A stretch of 64,000 nt of DNA from an uncultured Victivallales bacterium (GCA_944390735.1 CALXRL010000052.1:52143-116142); one strand, 5' to 3'. Positions 37,801-47,457 are shown, counted from the stretch's first letter. Notes: generated from the letters alone by a model not told the origin. Program-made: numbers and translations.

Positions 37801-38163
37801 CAGTTCTATTTGAATGGCGCAGAGAGCCGTCGGAACCGGCTGATCCGCTTTCAGCGTGTAAGAGAGACGGAGATTGTTTCGATCTCCGGTCTCCATGATC
37901 TCCAGAAGATTGATTTTCCTGTCAATGCCGCGCAGATTCCAGATTCCGGAATAAAGGTTTCGTTTTCCTCCGTTTTCCCGGCGGAACTGGAATTCATGTC
38001 CCCGCTGCCGGTTGGGGTACCATTTGTCGCTCCAGTGATGGAGCTGGAAAACCGTGCTTCCGTCGATTTTCAGGGTGCCGTCCTTGGCAATGTCGTATTG
38101 TCCCTGGAGTGAGGCGGCAAGACCGCATGCAATCAGGAGAGTCGAGATTGTTTTCTTCAACAT
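34882..38163 (-). CDS. Secreted glycoside-hydrolase-like protein (clan GH-A-like TIM barrel), paralog of 10137-13886
   Basis: Signal peptide MLKKTISTLLIACGLAASLQG. Shared motifs are GDRKGGWTDQGPSND, GYNAIRLHH, SLINENT and FTVTEFDF. Confidence 0.85.
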   Translation of the reverse strand: MLKKTISTLLIACGLAASLQGQYDIAKDGTLKIDGSTVFQLHHWSDKWYPNRQRGHEFQFRRENGGKRNLYSGIWNLRGIDRKINLLEIMETGDRNNLRLSYTLKADQPVPTALCAIQIELPAWNNAGKKIGIGGKEVELPETYRTGSLFTANDIEKLRLPLDTGILTISLKKPTRVQLLDVRQFKQEMFSLRLLFPETTPRLKQSSQEISLKFEPYKFETLDLKQSANMGFRDEIAGDRKGGWTDQGPSNDLRILKPGKLAAKPLFFTILDPEKNNGKSCIVLAGGDRMYFPRTASVNLNGRSIGTLFLLHAIAWPTKKPSVIGDILFEYTDGTTFRREVKSDLDVGNWWMPTAKPNALLLWNEFNNESPVGLYMSRFEIPARPLKRLVFRSAGKSVWLITAATSSPQKVVLPVRKEKKYIVMRNAEWRVVETDRSVEKGSALDFSFLLDAPAGKYGRIKTTSDGHFEFEKRPGKRQRFYGANLAFWANYLSREEAELIAERLARIGYNAIRLHHFDRDLILKNAADSATIDMKQLDKLEYLVFCLKKRGIYITLDLFTARPIRKNEFKTLPGFQGDYKLAAMIHPEVADNLKKFSAALLNHVNPYTGFAWKDDPVFIGLSLINENTILYNIRNASQDLKNLYDAKFREWCTATNTTITEQNKNAEYRRFLLDVYQKSWEDRAAFVRKLGVKMPLTDQNYISLPNTTLQRAQYDYVDNHIYWDHPQFLGKAWSLPTQLNNCSVLAVRMRVPKGIAPTRIFGKPFTVTEFDFCYPNSYRAEGAPIFGAYAAMQDWDAIYRFAYSHSAVNMLGDKPLIPAFDVVNDPPRLLGERIGMAFFLRGDIRASDEKFAAEIPESSWKDPFLFDYPEWFCDLMLFGQVGSLSPRENGTFSIPPKAHLFDIWKKNSAEKFLGKLLSDKILTSREADLKNRIYRSSTGELTADFKKQTFTALNQRSEALVIPGGKSVSGHRLAVKTDRNFCVASAIALDNRTLADSRRILLLHLTDVKVEKTEFSSEKMQILLKEGDGPVLARRGRADFSLKLNRPPKKLYALDCSGRRLKEIPFKHTNGMLLFTADTFCADKIVFAYELLH

Positions 38164-38184
38164 GAAATAAGACCTTTCGCTCTA

Positions 38185-38970
38185 TCAGTTTTTCCAGTTT
38201 CCATTATACGGACGTGTCGCATCGGGATAATAGAAGTAAGGTGCGAGTTCATTTTCATTGCCCCAGCGGGAGTAGTGCTGCTGGTTGTTGGCGGCGACAT
38301 GACCATCCACCGTCAGGTAGTTGTGGGTTCCTCCATGCGGAAAGATCGCAAGGCTGCATCGCCAGTTGCGTCCGGCCAGATCCATGGAGTTGTCGCTGTT
38401 GATCATGACGGAGGAGGGCGATTTGACTTTCCCCATCCGGAGCCACGGATTGAGTCCGGGACTCAGATAAATGTTTTGTCCATATCCGCCGTAACCGATT
38501 TCATAGAGATTTTCATCGGTCCAGATTGTCGCGGGATCTCCTCCAATCTTGGCCCCCAGCTGGTACGCCGGACAGAGCGGAACCGAGTAATAAATCTCCG
38601 GTTTCGGCCGTTTTCCGAAAAATCCGCCGTTGCCTTCGTAGAGTCCCCGGTTGTGTTTCATCAGAAACAGTGCCGGAGCATAGCTTCCAAGCGCAATCGG
38701 CCAGCGGATGCACAATCCTTCTCCATATGCGCCGAAGGAGGCGTAGCTGCTGTTTTCAATTCGCGCCGGGGAAATGAAATCCTGATTGTCCGCGGAATAC
38801 AGATGCTGTGCGGCTCCCATCTGCTTCAGCTGGCTGATGCAGGATGCGCTTTGCGCTTTGACTTTTGCCTGGTTCAGGGCCGGAAGCAGAAGTCCGGCAA
38901 GAATTGCGATAATCGCAATGACGACCAGAAGTTCTATCAGTGTGAAATTTTGGACTCTTCGTTGCATCAA
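38185..38970 (-). CDS. Prepilin-type N-terminal cleavage/methylation protein with H-X9-DG motif (DUF1559-like)
   Basis: [24 protein letters not shown] is a type IV pilin-like leader. The C-terminal [13 protein letters not shown] fits H-X9-DG. Confidence 0.9.
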   Translation of the reverse strand: MMQRRVQNFTLIELLVVIAIIAILAGLLLPALNQAKVKAQSASCISQLKQMGAAQHLYSADNQDFISPARIENSSYASFGAYGEGLCIRWPIALGSYAPALFLMKHNRGLYEGNGGFFGKRPKPEIYYSVPLCPAYQLGAKIGGDPATIWTDENLYEIGYGGYGQNIYLSPGLNPWLRMGKVKSPSSVMINSDNSMDLAGRNWRCSLAIFPHGGTHNYLTVDGHVAANNQQHYSRWGNENELAPYFYYPDATRPYNGNWKN

Positions 38971-40088
38971 AGCTCTCCTTTTCTTTGGTTTCCATTGATT
39001 TTTGCAACTGTTTTGCGTTCAATCAGACGGCAAGGCAGAAATTCCTGATGCCTGCCGTGGTACTTCTCCTCAAGCAGAATCTCCGCCGCGCGAACCCCGA
39101 TTTCCCGGAATGGCTGCCGCACCGTGGTCAGATGAAACGTGGCGGCAAATATTTCATCATCAAACCCAATGATGGACAGATCGTCGGGAACGGTCTTCCC
39201 CAGTTTGCCCAGTTCGTCCATGACGTTGAGGGCAAGAAAGTCATGGGAACAGATGATCGCCGTCGGCGGATCGGGAAGAGCCAGCAGTTCATGGATCCGC
39301 TGTCTGCCCTGTTCGTGAAGAGGAACATTCTCAATGACCGTATGAAGCTCCGGAATCAGCGGAAGTCCCTGGCGGCGGAGTTCATCACAGATCCCGCTGA
39401 ACCGCTGATCCGCCGTATAGACACTGCTGAAAACCCGGATGCTCCCGATCCGCCGATGTCCCGATTCAACAAGATAACGGACAATTTCCCGTTCCGCCGT
39501 ATAGCCGTCGCTTCCCACAAAGTTCCCGCGGATGACGCCGTTTTCCGCCACCGGCGAATCCACCACCACATATTTGATTCCCGTCTGGTCGAGACCGTCC
39601 AGAATCCGGCTGTTGATGTCGTAATAATTCGGCAGAATGACCGGGGAAAACAAAATGCCGGCACAGGAATCCGGCTCAATCCGTTCCAGAACCTGCCTGA
39701 CTTTTTCCTGCGAGTCCGCGATGTTGTAAACAGCCAGCTCAAGTCCGTGACGGAACAGTACGGATTCCATCCCTTCCAGAAGCTGAAAATTGAATTCGCC
39801 TTTCCGCATGGACACAAGAAAAAGAACTTTCGTCTTTTCCGCCGTCGGAACCTTTCCCGAACGATCGCTTGTCACTCCGTTCGAAACAAAACTGCCGACT
39901 CCCGGCCGCTGTTCCAGAATGCCTTCCGCCACCAGCTCCCGAAGTCCGCTGCGGACCGTTCCGCGCGAAACATTCAGCTCCTCCGCCAGTTCGTGTTCCG
40001 TCGGCAGACGGTTCCCCGCCGTATACTTCCCCTCCGAAATCATGCGCCGGATTCCGCTGATGACTTTTGTCCGCTGTGTCTTCTGCAT
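38967..40088 (-). CDS. Transcriptional regulator with a GntR-type HTH and a LacI/PBP1-type sugar-binding domain
   Basis: [61 protein letters not shown], plus a PBP1-like C-terminal domain. Its stop overlaps the start of the pilin-like gene. Confidence 0.85.
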   Translation of the reverse strand: MQKTQRTKVISGIRRMISEGKYTAGNRLPTEHELAEELNVSRGTVRSGLRELVAEGILEQRPGVGSFVSNGVTSDRSGKVPTAEKTKVLFLVSMRKGEFNFQLLEGMESVLFRHGLELAVYNIADSQEKVRQVLERIEPDSCAGILFSPVILPNYYDINSRILDGLDQTGIKYVVVDSPVAENGVIRGNFVGSDGYTAEREIVRYLVESGHRRIGSIRVFSSVYTADQRFSGICDELRRQGLPLIPELHTVIENVPLHEQGRQRIHELLALPDPPTAIICSHDFLALNVMDELGKLGKTVPDDLSIIGFDDEIFAATFHLTTVRQPFREIGVRAAEILLEEKYHGRHQEFLPCRLIERKTVAKINGNQRKGEL

Positions 40089-40187
40089 CTCTTTTCCTGT
40101 TTTTCATTTCTCTTTTACATTATACAATATTTCCCAGAAAAAACAAGATGGAAAAGACAAAAATGTTTAATTTTTTTATAATAGTTG

Positions 40188-40199
40188 TACAATATTGTA
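40188..40199. promoter_or_regulatory. Candidate GntR-type operator (perfect palindrome) upstream of the regulator-pilin-hydrolase operon
   Basis: TACAATATTGTA at 40188-40199. A second TACAATATT copy lies at 40123-40131. Both are in the AT-rich 5' region of gene 38967-40088. Confidence 0.3.
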
Positions 40200-40206
40200 T
40201 AACTTG

Positions 40207-40279
40207 AAGAAAGAAAAAAGGACGGAAAGACATCGTACCGGCGTTCTGCCGGGGGGAGAGGGAGAGTGTCTTTCCGTCC
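40207..40279 (-). terminator. Rho-independent terminator after the HlyD-family gene
   Basis: On the minus strand GGACGGAAAGACA (RC of 40267-40279) pairs with TGTCTTTCCGTCC (RC of 40220-40232). An inner CCGGCAGAACGCCGG hairpin is present. TTTTTTCTTTCTTC follows. Confidence 0.6.
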
Positions 40280-40285
40280 GGGGGG

Positions 40286-41749
40286 TTATTTTGAATCCGG
40301 CTTTGCCGGGGAGGCGGATGCTGGATCGTTCGTATTTTTGCCGGAGTCCGGTTCCTTTTTATCTCTGACCGGCAGGGATTTTTTCTCGCTGATCCGGTAG
40401 ACAGGATTTTCTTCCTTCCTGCCGGGAACAGATTTCTTTTCGATTGGGATCGGCAGAGTTTTTTTGTCATCCATTCGGAGCGCAGGAGCTGCCTTCTTGT
40501 CAGGCTCGGATTTTTTCCCGTCCGCGGCGGTTGCCGAAGGGAGCTTCTCCGCAGGGTGCGCCGCGCTTGTTCCGGTATCTTTCCCGGCGGATTCCCGATT
40601 CGGGGAAGCGGGAAGAATGCGCTGGAATTTTTTACGGAAATCCAGTCCGTGCCGCTGGAGATAGTCCTTGCTCCGGATGCCGAGAAGCGCGAAGATGATG
40701 CGTTCGCGGCCGGTGATGATGGTAATCTCGCAGCCGGAACCGAAACGCAACGGCTGGGGCTCCCCGGTCAGAATGATCTTGACCGGATAATAGTTCTGCC
40801 CGTTGATTTCCACGGGAAGCTGATAGATCAGATCGACTTTCCCGTGAAAATAACCGTAGTCCAGATAATTGTACTGCTTGCTGGTGATTCGCGCGGGCTG
40901 ACCGGGCTCAACCTTGAAAATCTGTTTTTCATTGATGAGGGCGATCACTTTTTTGTTCTGGTTGGCGGCGAACTTGATGATGACGTCCCCTTTTTCATAA
41001 TATCCGCCGGGTCTGGGGGGAATGTCCGTGAGGATTCCCGCGTCGGGCGCGCGCATGACATAGTCTTCAAGATGCCGTTCGGCCATGGCCAGCTCATCCA
41101 GTTTGCCGGCCCGCTTCTGGCGGAGAAGATCCAGTTCCTGTTTTGCCTTGTCGAGAATTTCCGTGGCCATGCCGTCCTGAAGTTTCTGCCAGTCCTCTTC
41201 GAGTCTCTGCACCGTCATGGTGTTGCCGAGGTGCTCCATTTCGATTTTGAGGAATTCGCGGCGGGAGATGACTTTCTGTCCGTAGAGTTTTTTGTAGACC
41301 TCCACTTCATGCTGCGACCGGGTGAGGCGCTCCCTGGCCTCTTTCAGCTGGAGTCGCGTATGGCGGTAATAGGCGGGAAGCGGATCCTTCTGAAGAAGTT
41401 TGAAGTCCTTCTCTTTGACGGCAATGGTGAGTTCGAGTTCCTTGAGCTGGTTTTTCAGCACGGTGATGCGGTCGCGCTGATTGCGGTCGTCGAATTCGAG
41501 GAGTTTTTCTCCGCGCTCGACAAATTCCCCTTCGTGGCGGATAATCCGGACGGTCCGTGCGCTGACCAGCGCCTTCAGATCGTAGTCGCGGATTCCGGTG
41601 ACGGTTCCGTTGCCCATCACCTCGTCGTCCATATACCCGAACAGCATAAAGGAGAACATGATGATGACCAGGACCAGAATGACATAGACGATTCTCCGGA
41701 ATACCTTCAGCTGTTCCCGGATACGGATTCTGTTCTGCTGCAGATTCAT
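40286..41749 (-). CDS. HlyD-family membrane-fusion/secretion protein with a K/P/S-rich disordered C-terminal tail
   Basis: N-terminal TM segment (IVYVILVLVIIMFSFMLFG), a lipoyl/barrel-sandwich hybrid (GTVTGIRDYDLKALVSARTVRIIRHEGEFVERGEKLLEFD) and a long coiled coil. Confidence 0.85.
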   Translation of the reverse strand: MNLQQNRIRIREQLKVFRRIVYVILVLVIIMFSFMLFGYMDDEVMGNGTVTGIRDYDLKALVSARTVRIIRHEGEFVERGEKLLEFDDRNQRDRITVLKNQLKELELTIAVKEKDFKLLQKDPLPAYYRHTRLQLKEARERLTRSQHEVEVYKKLYGQKVISRREFLKIEMEHLGNTMTVQRLEEDWQKLQDGMATEILDKAKQELDLLRQKRAGKLDELAMAERHLEDYVMRAPDAGILTDIPPRPGGYYEKGDVIIKFAANQNKKVIALINEKQIFKVEPGQPARITSKQYNYLDYGYFHGKVDLIYQLPVEINGQNYYPVKIILTGEPQPLRFGSGCEITIITGRERIIFALLGIRSKDYLQRHGLDFRKKFQRILPASPNRESAGKDTGTSAAHPAEKLPSATAADGKKSEPDKKAAPALRMDDKKTLPIPIEKKSVPGRKEENPVYRISEKKSLPVRDKKEPDSGKNTNDPASASPAKPDSK

Positions 41750-41767
41750 GATGGTGCCTCCCGTTTC

Positions 41768-43552
41768 CTAGTGCGCGATTGCCATTTTGCGCTGCGTCTG
41801 GTAAAGTTCCTTGTAGGTGCCCTCCTGAGCCATGAGCTCGTCGTGGGTTCCCTGCTGGACGATCCTTCCGTTTTCCAGAACAATGATCTTGTCCGCGTTC
41901 TGGATGGTGGAGAGTCGATGCGCGATGATGATGGTGGTCTTGCCTTCCATCAGGCGGTCGAGGGCCTCCTGCACCAGGTATTCGGAGACGGTGTCGAGGG
42001 CGCTGGTCGCTTCGTCAAGAATCAGAATGGCGGGATTTTTCAGGATCGCGCGGGCAATCGCAAGGCGCTGCTTCTGGCCTCCGGAAAGACTGGCGCCGTT
42101 TTCGCCGATGATGGTGTCATAGCCTTCCGGCAGCGTTTCCACAAACTCTTCCACATTGGCAAGACGGGCGGCGTTTTCGATCTCCTCCTCGGTGGCGTCC
42201 TCCTTCGCATAGGCGATGTTCTCCCGGATGGAGCCGGAGAAGAGGAACGGTTCCTGAAGCACCACGCCGATGTGCCGGCGGTAGGCTTCAAATCCGAGTT
42301 TTCGAATGTCCAGATTATCCACTTTGATGACTCCCGAGGTGACATCGTAGAAACGGAGAAGCAGATTGGTGATTGTCGATTTTCCGGAGCCGCTGGGACC
42401 GACCAGCGCGACTTTCTCGCCGGGCCGGATGGTCAGCGAGAAATCGTTGATGACCGGCGGCTGATCCTTGCCGTAGCTGAATACCACATGTTTGAACTCG
42501 ATGTTTCCGGTCAGTTTCGAGGGCTGAATCGGATTCGGCGCCTCCTTGATTTCCGGCATTGTGTTCAGCAGGTGGACGATACGGCTGGCGCCCACCAGTC
42601 CCTGAGCGAATGTCACGGAAAGTCCGGAAAGAACGTTGATCGGCTGGAGCATCATCGCCACATAACTGTAAAACGCGACGAATTCGCCGATGGATACCGT
42701 GCCGATCTGCACATAACGGATTCCCATTCCGATCGTTGCCAGATAGGTCAGCACCGTCAGCATGTCAAAGATGGCCCAGAGATAGACTCCGTCCACGGTG
42801 ACGCGCATCTGCAGATCCACCAGCGGCCGCAGATTCTGGAAGAAGTGGAGATTTTCCGAATGTTCCTTGGCAAAGGATTTGACCACTTTCACTCCTGAAA
42901 GCGTTTCCGAGAGATTGGCGGAGATTTCCGAAACCTTTTCCTGCATCATCATGGAGTCGTTCTTCATGATCTTGCGGAAATGGCGGAAGTTCAGGTAATG
43001 AATCGGGATGGTGCAGAGAACCAGCAGTCCCATCTGCCAGTTGAGGAACAGTAGCAGAAGCGCGATGAGCATCAGCTGGAAGACCTGTTCGCCCGCTTGG
43101 GAAATCACGCGCATGAGCATGTTCAGCAGTCCGACGTCGCTGATGACGTTGGAGATCAGCTTTCCGGTCCGGTACTCCTCGTAGAATTTCAGCGAGAGGC
43201 TCTGAAGATGGCGGAAGACTTTCTGGCGGATGTCCACGATCAGCCGGATTCCCGTGTAGTCCACCAGATAGGAGGCGACATATCGCAGAAGCATGCGCAT
43301 CAGATAAATGATGATCATGGATCCGCTCAAAATCCAGAACAGCACATAGTCTGCGTTCGGCAGGATCCGGTCGATGGCGATCTTGAGCATCCACGGCATT
43401 GTGAGACCGATCATGTTGAAGATGATCATGGTCCCCGTGGCGGCGAACAGCAGACTGCGGTACTGCCAGAAAATCGGCCAGACCTTGTCCATGGATTGTT
43501 TTTCATACCTGGCGACCAGTTCTTCCCGGTTGAGATCGGGACCCTTTTTCAT
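41768..43552 (-). CDS. ABC exporter with fused permease and ATPase
   Basis: Walker A GPSGSGKST, signature LSGGQKQRLAIARA and Walker B ILILDEATSALD. No C39 peptidase domain at the N-terminus. Confidence 0.9.
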   Translation of the reverse strand: MKKGPDLNREELVARYEKQSMDKVWPIFWQYRSLLFAATGTMIIFNMIGLTMPWMLKIAIDRILPNADYVLFWILSGSMIIIYLMRMLLRYVASYLVDYTGIRLIVDIRQKVFRHLQSLSLKFYEEYRTGKLISNVISDVGLLNMLMRVISQAGEQVFQLMLIALLLLFLNWQMGLLVLCTIPIHYLNFRHFRKIMKNDSMMMQEKVSEISANLSETLSGVKVVKSFAKEHSENLHFFQNLRPLVDLQMRVTVDGVYLWAIFDMLTVLTYLATIGMGIRYVQIGTVSIGEFVAFYSYVAMMLQPINVLSGLSVTFAQGLVGASRIVHLLNTMPEIKEAPNPIQPSKLTGNIEFKHVVFSYGKDQPPVINDFSLTIRPGEKVALVGPSGSGKSTITNLLLRFYDVTSGVIKVDNLDIRKLGFEAYRRHIGVVLQEPFLFSGSIRENIAYAKEDATEEEIENAARLANVEEFVETLPEGYDTIIGENGASLSGGQKQRLAIARAILKNPAILILDEATSALDTVSEYLVQEALDRLMEGKTTIIIAHRLSTIQNADKIIVLENGRIVQQGTHDELMAQEGTYKELYQTQRKMAIAH

Positions 43553-44064
43553 TTTCTTGTACCTCCGTACAGGTTTTTCTGATGGTTCTTGCCGTCGCGG
43601 ACGGTTTTGTTCCAGTTTTCCGGGAATCTTTCACGGAAAAAGCGAAACTGCCAGAAGTCCGCGTGCTTGTCCAAAAAATCCGAAAACGGAAACAGTCCGC
43701 CAGCATACATGGGTGACGTCCTGTCTGCAGAAATCTTCTGCGGGTTTTGGATTTATTGAAGGAGCATAGCGACTTATGGCAGTTTCGCCGGAACGCCGTT
43801 GAGACTCATTTTCGTACCAGGAAGGAAAACGTCTCGTTAGTGGCAATATATTCCTCTATCCGGCTCTTGCAAGAGCAAATTCTGAAAAAAAACGATTTTT
43901 TTCTGAAATCGTTTTTTCAAGAACAATATCAAGCAAAACGGGACAAATGAGAGCAAACGTTCCGCCGGATTCCGGATCCCATGCAATCCCGCGACAAAGA
44001 CAGAAACTCCCGGATCGAAAAAAATTTTGGCAGACGGAAAATTGCGGAGAGAAAAAGGAGAAAA

Positions 44065-44138
44065 TGGCTGCCCAATAAGGATTCGAACCTCAACAAACTG
44101 AACCAGAATCAGTTGTGCTACCGTTACACCATTGGGCA
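44065..44138 (-). tRNA. tRNA-Gln (anticodon CUG), CCA encoded
   Basis: 74 nt: TGCCCAA-TG-GTGT-AACGGTA-GCAC-A-ACTGA-TTCTGGT-TCAGT-TTGT-TGAGG-TTCGAAT-CCTTA-TTGGGCA-G-CCA. All four stems pair. The U1:A72 pair and G73 are typical of bacterial tRNA-Gln. Confidence 0.9.
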
Positions 44139-44158
44139 TTGGTTTTGCAATGTACATT

Positions 44159-44186
44159 AATGTATCATTTTTTTGAGAATTGTCAA
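44159..44186 (-). promoter_or_regulatory. Candidate promoter of tRNA-Gln
   Basis: On the minus strand: TTGACA (44186-44181), a 16-nt spacer, then TACATT (44164-44159), about 20 nt upstream of the tRNA 5' end. Confidence 0.4.
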
Positions 44187-44283
44187 ATCAGATTTCAAAA
44201 AAAATTTTTTTTTCTTTTGATTCAAGGATTTGTTGGATCAGCTTTGCGGAGGCGCCGTCTGCCGGATTGCGGTCCGGGAGCGG

Positions 44284-45822
44284 TCATTTGCCTGCTTTTG
44301 TGTAGAGCGGTTCCGCTTTCTTCTGAACAAGATACCGGTGAAGCGTAAAGGTGCGCCATTGGTTGAGATCTTTGCCGAGCTGGAGATACAGCTCCTGAAT
44401 CCGGTCCTCTCCGTATTCGGTCGGCGGGATTTCGATTCCTTTTTCCTCCGCCTTCAGAAGCGCCGGAAGCGCGGGATATCCCAGCGAACAGAGGTAGGGG
44501 ACGTCCAGCGGAACCGGCCGCAGGCCTTCTTTCGTGACCGGAACCGCCTCCCGGCAGTGTGCCAGATTGTATTCGGCTATATGTCCCCGGATATCGCAGA
44601 GCATGACAAACAGCAGAAGCACCAGCAGGGCGGCTCCGTTGGTCCAGACCAGCCAGTTCAAACTCCGGTTCTTCCAGATTTTCCAGAGAATCAGACAGAG
44701 ACCGCAGGCGACCAGCAGCATCCAGAGTCCCGCCGCCACCCGAAGTTCGGTCAGACTGTATACGGCAATGTATTTTCCCAGCCGCAGCAGGGAGGACGCC
44801 ACCAGAAACACGTTTTGAAGCAGCCACACGTAGACTAGAATTCTGGCCCATTTCCAGCCGGCGCCGGTGCTTTGTCTGCGGAAGGCGATCAGCGTCAGCA
44901 GACCGGCCAGCAGCGCGGTCAGGATCAGCGGATAGGCGCCGCGATGCGCGTATTCGGCATAGCTCATACCGGCGGGAAGTGCCGCTCCCGACCAGAGATA
45001 TTCGATGTCAAGCACATTCTGAAGCAGGAAGAGAAGATTGAACAGAATCAGTGCCCGCGTCATGATGCGGGCCAGAAGATCGTCCGTGGATTTCCCGAGT
45101 TCGACCTGATAGGTGCATACGGCAAGGTTGCTGTCCCAGATTTCGCGGAACCGTTTCCAGAGCGTCAAACCGCTCAGCGAGGTCGTGAACAGAAAAACAC
45201 AGAACCAGAAGAACAGGCGGGAAAGACGCGGCAGTTCGATTTTCCGGCAGAACTCGATGACATTCCCGAGACCTCTGTCAATGATCGGATTGGCGCTCGC
45301 AAACAGCAGCAGAAACAGAAGCGTGAACAGAACCGGCAGAAACCAGAGAAACGCTCCCCGCATGAATCGGATCAGCAGCGGGCGGCTCGTCCCGACCTTT
45401 TCCAAAGCGACGCGGATCTGGTAGTACCAGTCAAAGAGGACGGAGCTAGCGAGAAGCAGAAGATCCCTCAGCCATTTTCCCGCCCGGGTCTCCCACCCCG
45501 TGCCGCGGGAAACCATCCGGAAGGAATACAGCGCAAACAGCGGAAGCGCAATGCTGTAAAAATTCACCGAATAGAGCAGCCCGAGTCCGCAGAGGAAAAA
45601 GACAAATCCCCAGAGCAGACGGAAATTCAACGGCATGAAATCCAGATGGTGCGGCAGCGAGAAAATCAGAAGCAGCAGATAGAAAATCAGAAACGGAACG
45701 CTCCCGATGGAGGAGGTCTCGCTCCGGTAAAACAGGATGTCCGCCAGAACGATCAGCAGAATGACCATCGGAATCCGGAACTGATCCGGAAGCAGCAGAT
45801 TGAAGCGGTATGTGAATTTCAT
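44284..45822 (-). CDS. Polytopic membrane protein (DUF4153/DUF4173-like)
   Basis: MKFTYRFNLLLPDQFRIPMVILLIVLADILFY..., with at least 10 hydrophobic segments. AGGAGA lies 7 nt upstream of ATG 45822. I trimmed the track ORF (to 46290) because its N-terminal extension is H/R/Q low complexity. Confidence 0.7.
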   Translation of the reverse strand: MKFTYRFNLLLPDQFRIPMVILLIVLADILFYRSETSSIGSVPFLIFYLLLLIFSLPHHLDFMPLNFRLLWGFVFFLCGLGLLYSVNFYSIALPLFALYSFRMVSRGTGWETRAGKWLRDLLLLASSVLFDWYYQIRVALEKVGTSRPLLIRFMRGAFLWFLPVLFTLLFLLLFASANPIIDRGLGNVIEFCRKIELPRLSRLFFWFCVFLFTTSLSGLTLWKRFREIWDSNLAVCTYQVELGKSTDDLLARIMTRALILFNLLFLLQNVLDIEYLWSGAALPAGMSYAEYAHRGAYPLILTALLAGLLTLIAFRRQSTGAGWKWARILVYVWLLQNVFLVASSLLRLGKYIAVYSLTELRVAAGLWMLLVACGLCLILWKIWKNRSLNWLVWTNGAALLVLLLFVMLCDIRGHIAEYNLAHCREAVPVTKEGLRPVPLDVPYLCSLGYPALPALLKAEEKGIEIPPTEYGEDRIQELYLQLGKDLNQWRTFTLHRYLVQKKAEPLYTKAGK

Positions 45823-45978
45823 AGCGTCTCTCCTGTTTTCTCCCTGTACGGAGTTAAGAATAATCCGGATTCCGGGAAAAATCAACAGCGTCTGATCAAA
45901 TTTATTGATTTTTTTATTTGACGAGCTTCCGATTGCGTGGTATTTTCCCCGGCAGCGATTGAGAAAGGATGCGGAACA

Positions 45979-47457
45979 ATGCAGTGGTGGGAACATGTGG
46001 AAGTGATTGTGTACGGCGGCTGGATCCTGCTGCTGCTCATGGCGGCGGTGGCCTGCGCGCTGGATGTGCTGCGCAATCAGGGGGACGAACCGCAGAGGAC
46101 CTCGCTGTGGCTTACGGTGATTATCGCATTTCCGGCGTTCGGGGTGCTGCTGTATCTGCTGACGGGGCGGAGCAGAAAGGCTTCCATGGGGCGGCGCGTG
46201 GCGGATTCGGCCAGCGACTTTCTTGCGAAGATCAAGGCGCATCCCAAACTGGATACCTATTATTCGAGTCTGTCGAGCTGGATTGTTCACAGCGGATCCG
46301 TCGCGGAGAGAACGCTTGACCGTACGCTGGACACCTGCTCAGTGAAAGGCAACGCCGTGAAACTTCTGCGCGACGGGACCGCGGCCTATCCCGCGATGCT
46401 GGAAGCGATCCACTCGGCGCGTGTTTCGATTTTTCTTCAGAGCTTTATCATTGCCGACGATGAGATCGGTCACTACATTCTGAAGACTCTGGAGGACCGC
46501 GCCAGAGAGGGCATTGATGTGAAAATCCTGTACGACAGTTTCGGGAGTTTTTTCTCCTCCTTCTACCGGATGTTCAACAAATACGGGCGCGGGATTGAGA
46601 ATTTCAAGATTCGTCCGTTCTCTCTTGCGAACAGTCTGACGCGCTGGCGGTTTCAGATGCGCAATCACAGAAAACTGCTGGTGGTGGACGGACGAATCGG
46701 CTTTCTCGGAGGAGTGAACATCAGCGAGGGGAATGTCCCGGTGCGACGGAAAGGGGAGAGCGCGATTCACGACCTGCATTGCCGACTGGAGGGACCGGTC
46801 GTCGGCGAGCTGGAGATGTCGTTCCTGCGCGACTGGTTTTATGCGTCGAAGGAACCGGAGGAGGAGATTCTGAAAACGGCGGTGTTTCCGCCGCCGGCTC
46901 CCTGCGGCGACTGCACGATCCGGGTGGTCTGTTCCGGATGGGGCCAGTGCTACGAAGGCAGTGAAAAGGTGTTTTACACGGCGGTTTCCACGGCGGAGAG
47001 GAGCATCTGGATCATCAGTCCGTATTTTGTGCCGGATACGCCGTTCATCATGGCGCTCCGGATGGCGGCCGCGCGCGGGGTGGATGTCCGGGTGATTGTG
47101 CCGCTGAACAACAATCATTTCTATGTGAAGCTGGCGTCCCGGAGTTTTTACGAATCGCTGCTGGAGGACGGGGTCCGGATTTTTGAACGGCGCGGAGTTT
47201 TTGTTCATGCGAAGGCGATGCTGGTGGATTCCGAATGGGCGCTGGTCGGTTCCAGCAATTGCGATGTCCGGAGTTTCCGGCTCAATTTCGAGCTCGACAC
47301 CGTGGTGCGCGGAGAGAGTTTTCTTCGGCAGCTGAAGTCGGAACTGGAACGGGAGCTTGCCGCGTCCGACGAGGTGACGCTGGAGCAGATCTATGCGAAA
47401 AAGGGAGCCGTTCGCGCCGCCGAAAATCTCTGTGCTCTTCTGACTCCGCTTCTCTGA
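45979..47457 (+). CDS. cls: Cardiolipin synthase (PLD superfamily)
   Basis: Two N-terminal TM segments and two HKD motifs (HRKLLVVDGRIGFLGGVNI and HAKAMLVDSEWALVGSSN). Start trimmed to ATG 45979. Confidence 0.9.
   Translation: MQWWEHVEVIVYGGWILLLLMAAVACALDVLRNQGDEPQRTSLWLTVIIAFPAFGVLLYLLTGRSRKASMGRRVADSASDFLAKIKAHPKLDTYYSSLSSWIVHSGSVAERTLDRTLDTCSVKGNAVKLLRDGTAAYPAMLEAIHSARVSIFLQSFIIADDEIGHYILKTLEDRAREGIDVKILYDSFGSFFSSFYRMFNKYGRGIENFKIRPFSLANSLTRWRFQMRNHRKLLVVDGRIGFLGGVNISEGNVPVRRKGESAIHDLHCRLEGPVVGELEMSFLRDWFYASKEPEEEILKTAVFPPPAPCGDCTIRVVCSGWGQCYEGSEKVFYTAVSTAERSIWIISPYFVPDTPFIMALRMAAARGVDVRVIVPLNNNHFYVKLASRSFYESLLEDGVRIFERRGVFVHAKAMLVDSEWALVGSSNCDVRSFRLNFELDTVVRGESFLRQLKSELERELAASDEVTLEQIYAKKGAVRAAENLCALLTPLL

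Noticed and set aside
43885-43917. A/T-run palindromes (43885-43917, 15888-15907, 44196-44215) as a special regulatory or repeat family.
   Set aside because: They are short, AT-only and differ in sequence. They are most simply weak bidirectional terminator-like or bendable spacer DNA in intergenic regions.
44065-44138. tRNA-Gln as an integration hotspot for a genomic island.
   Set aside because: I saw no integrase, no duplicated tRNA 3' end and no compositional shift on either side. The low-GC element is 34 kb away.
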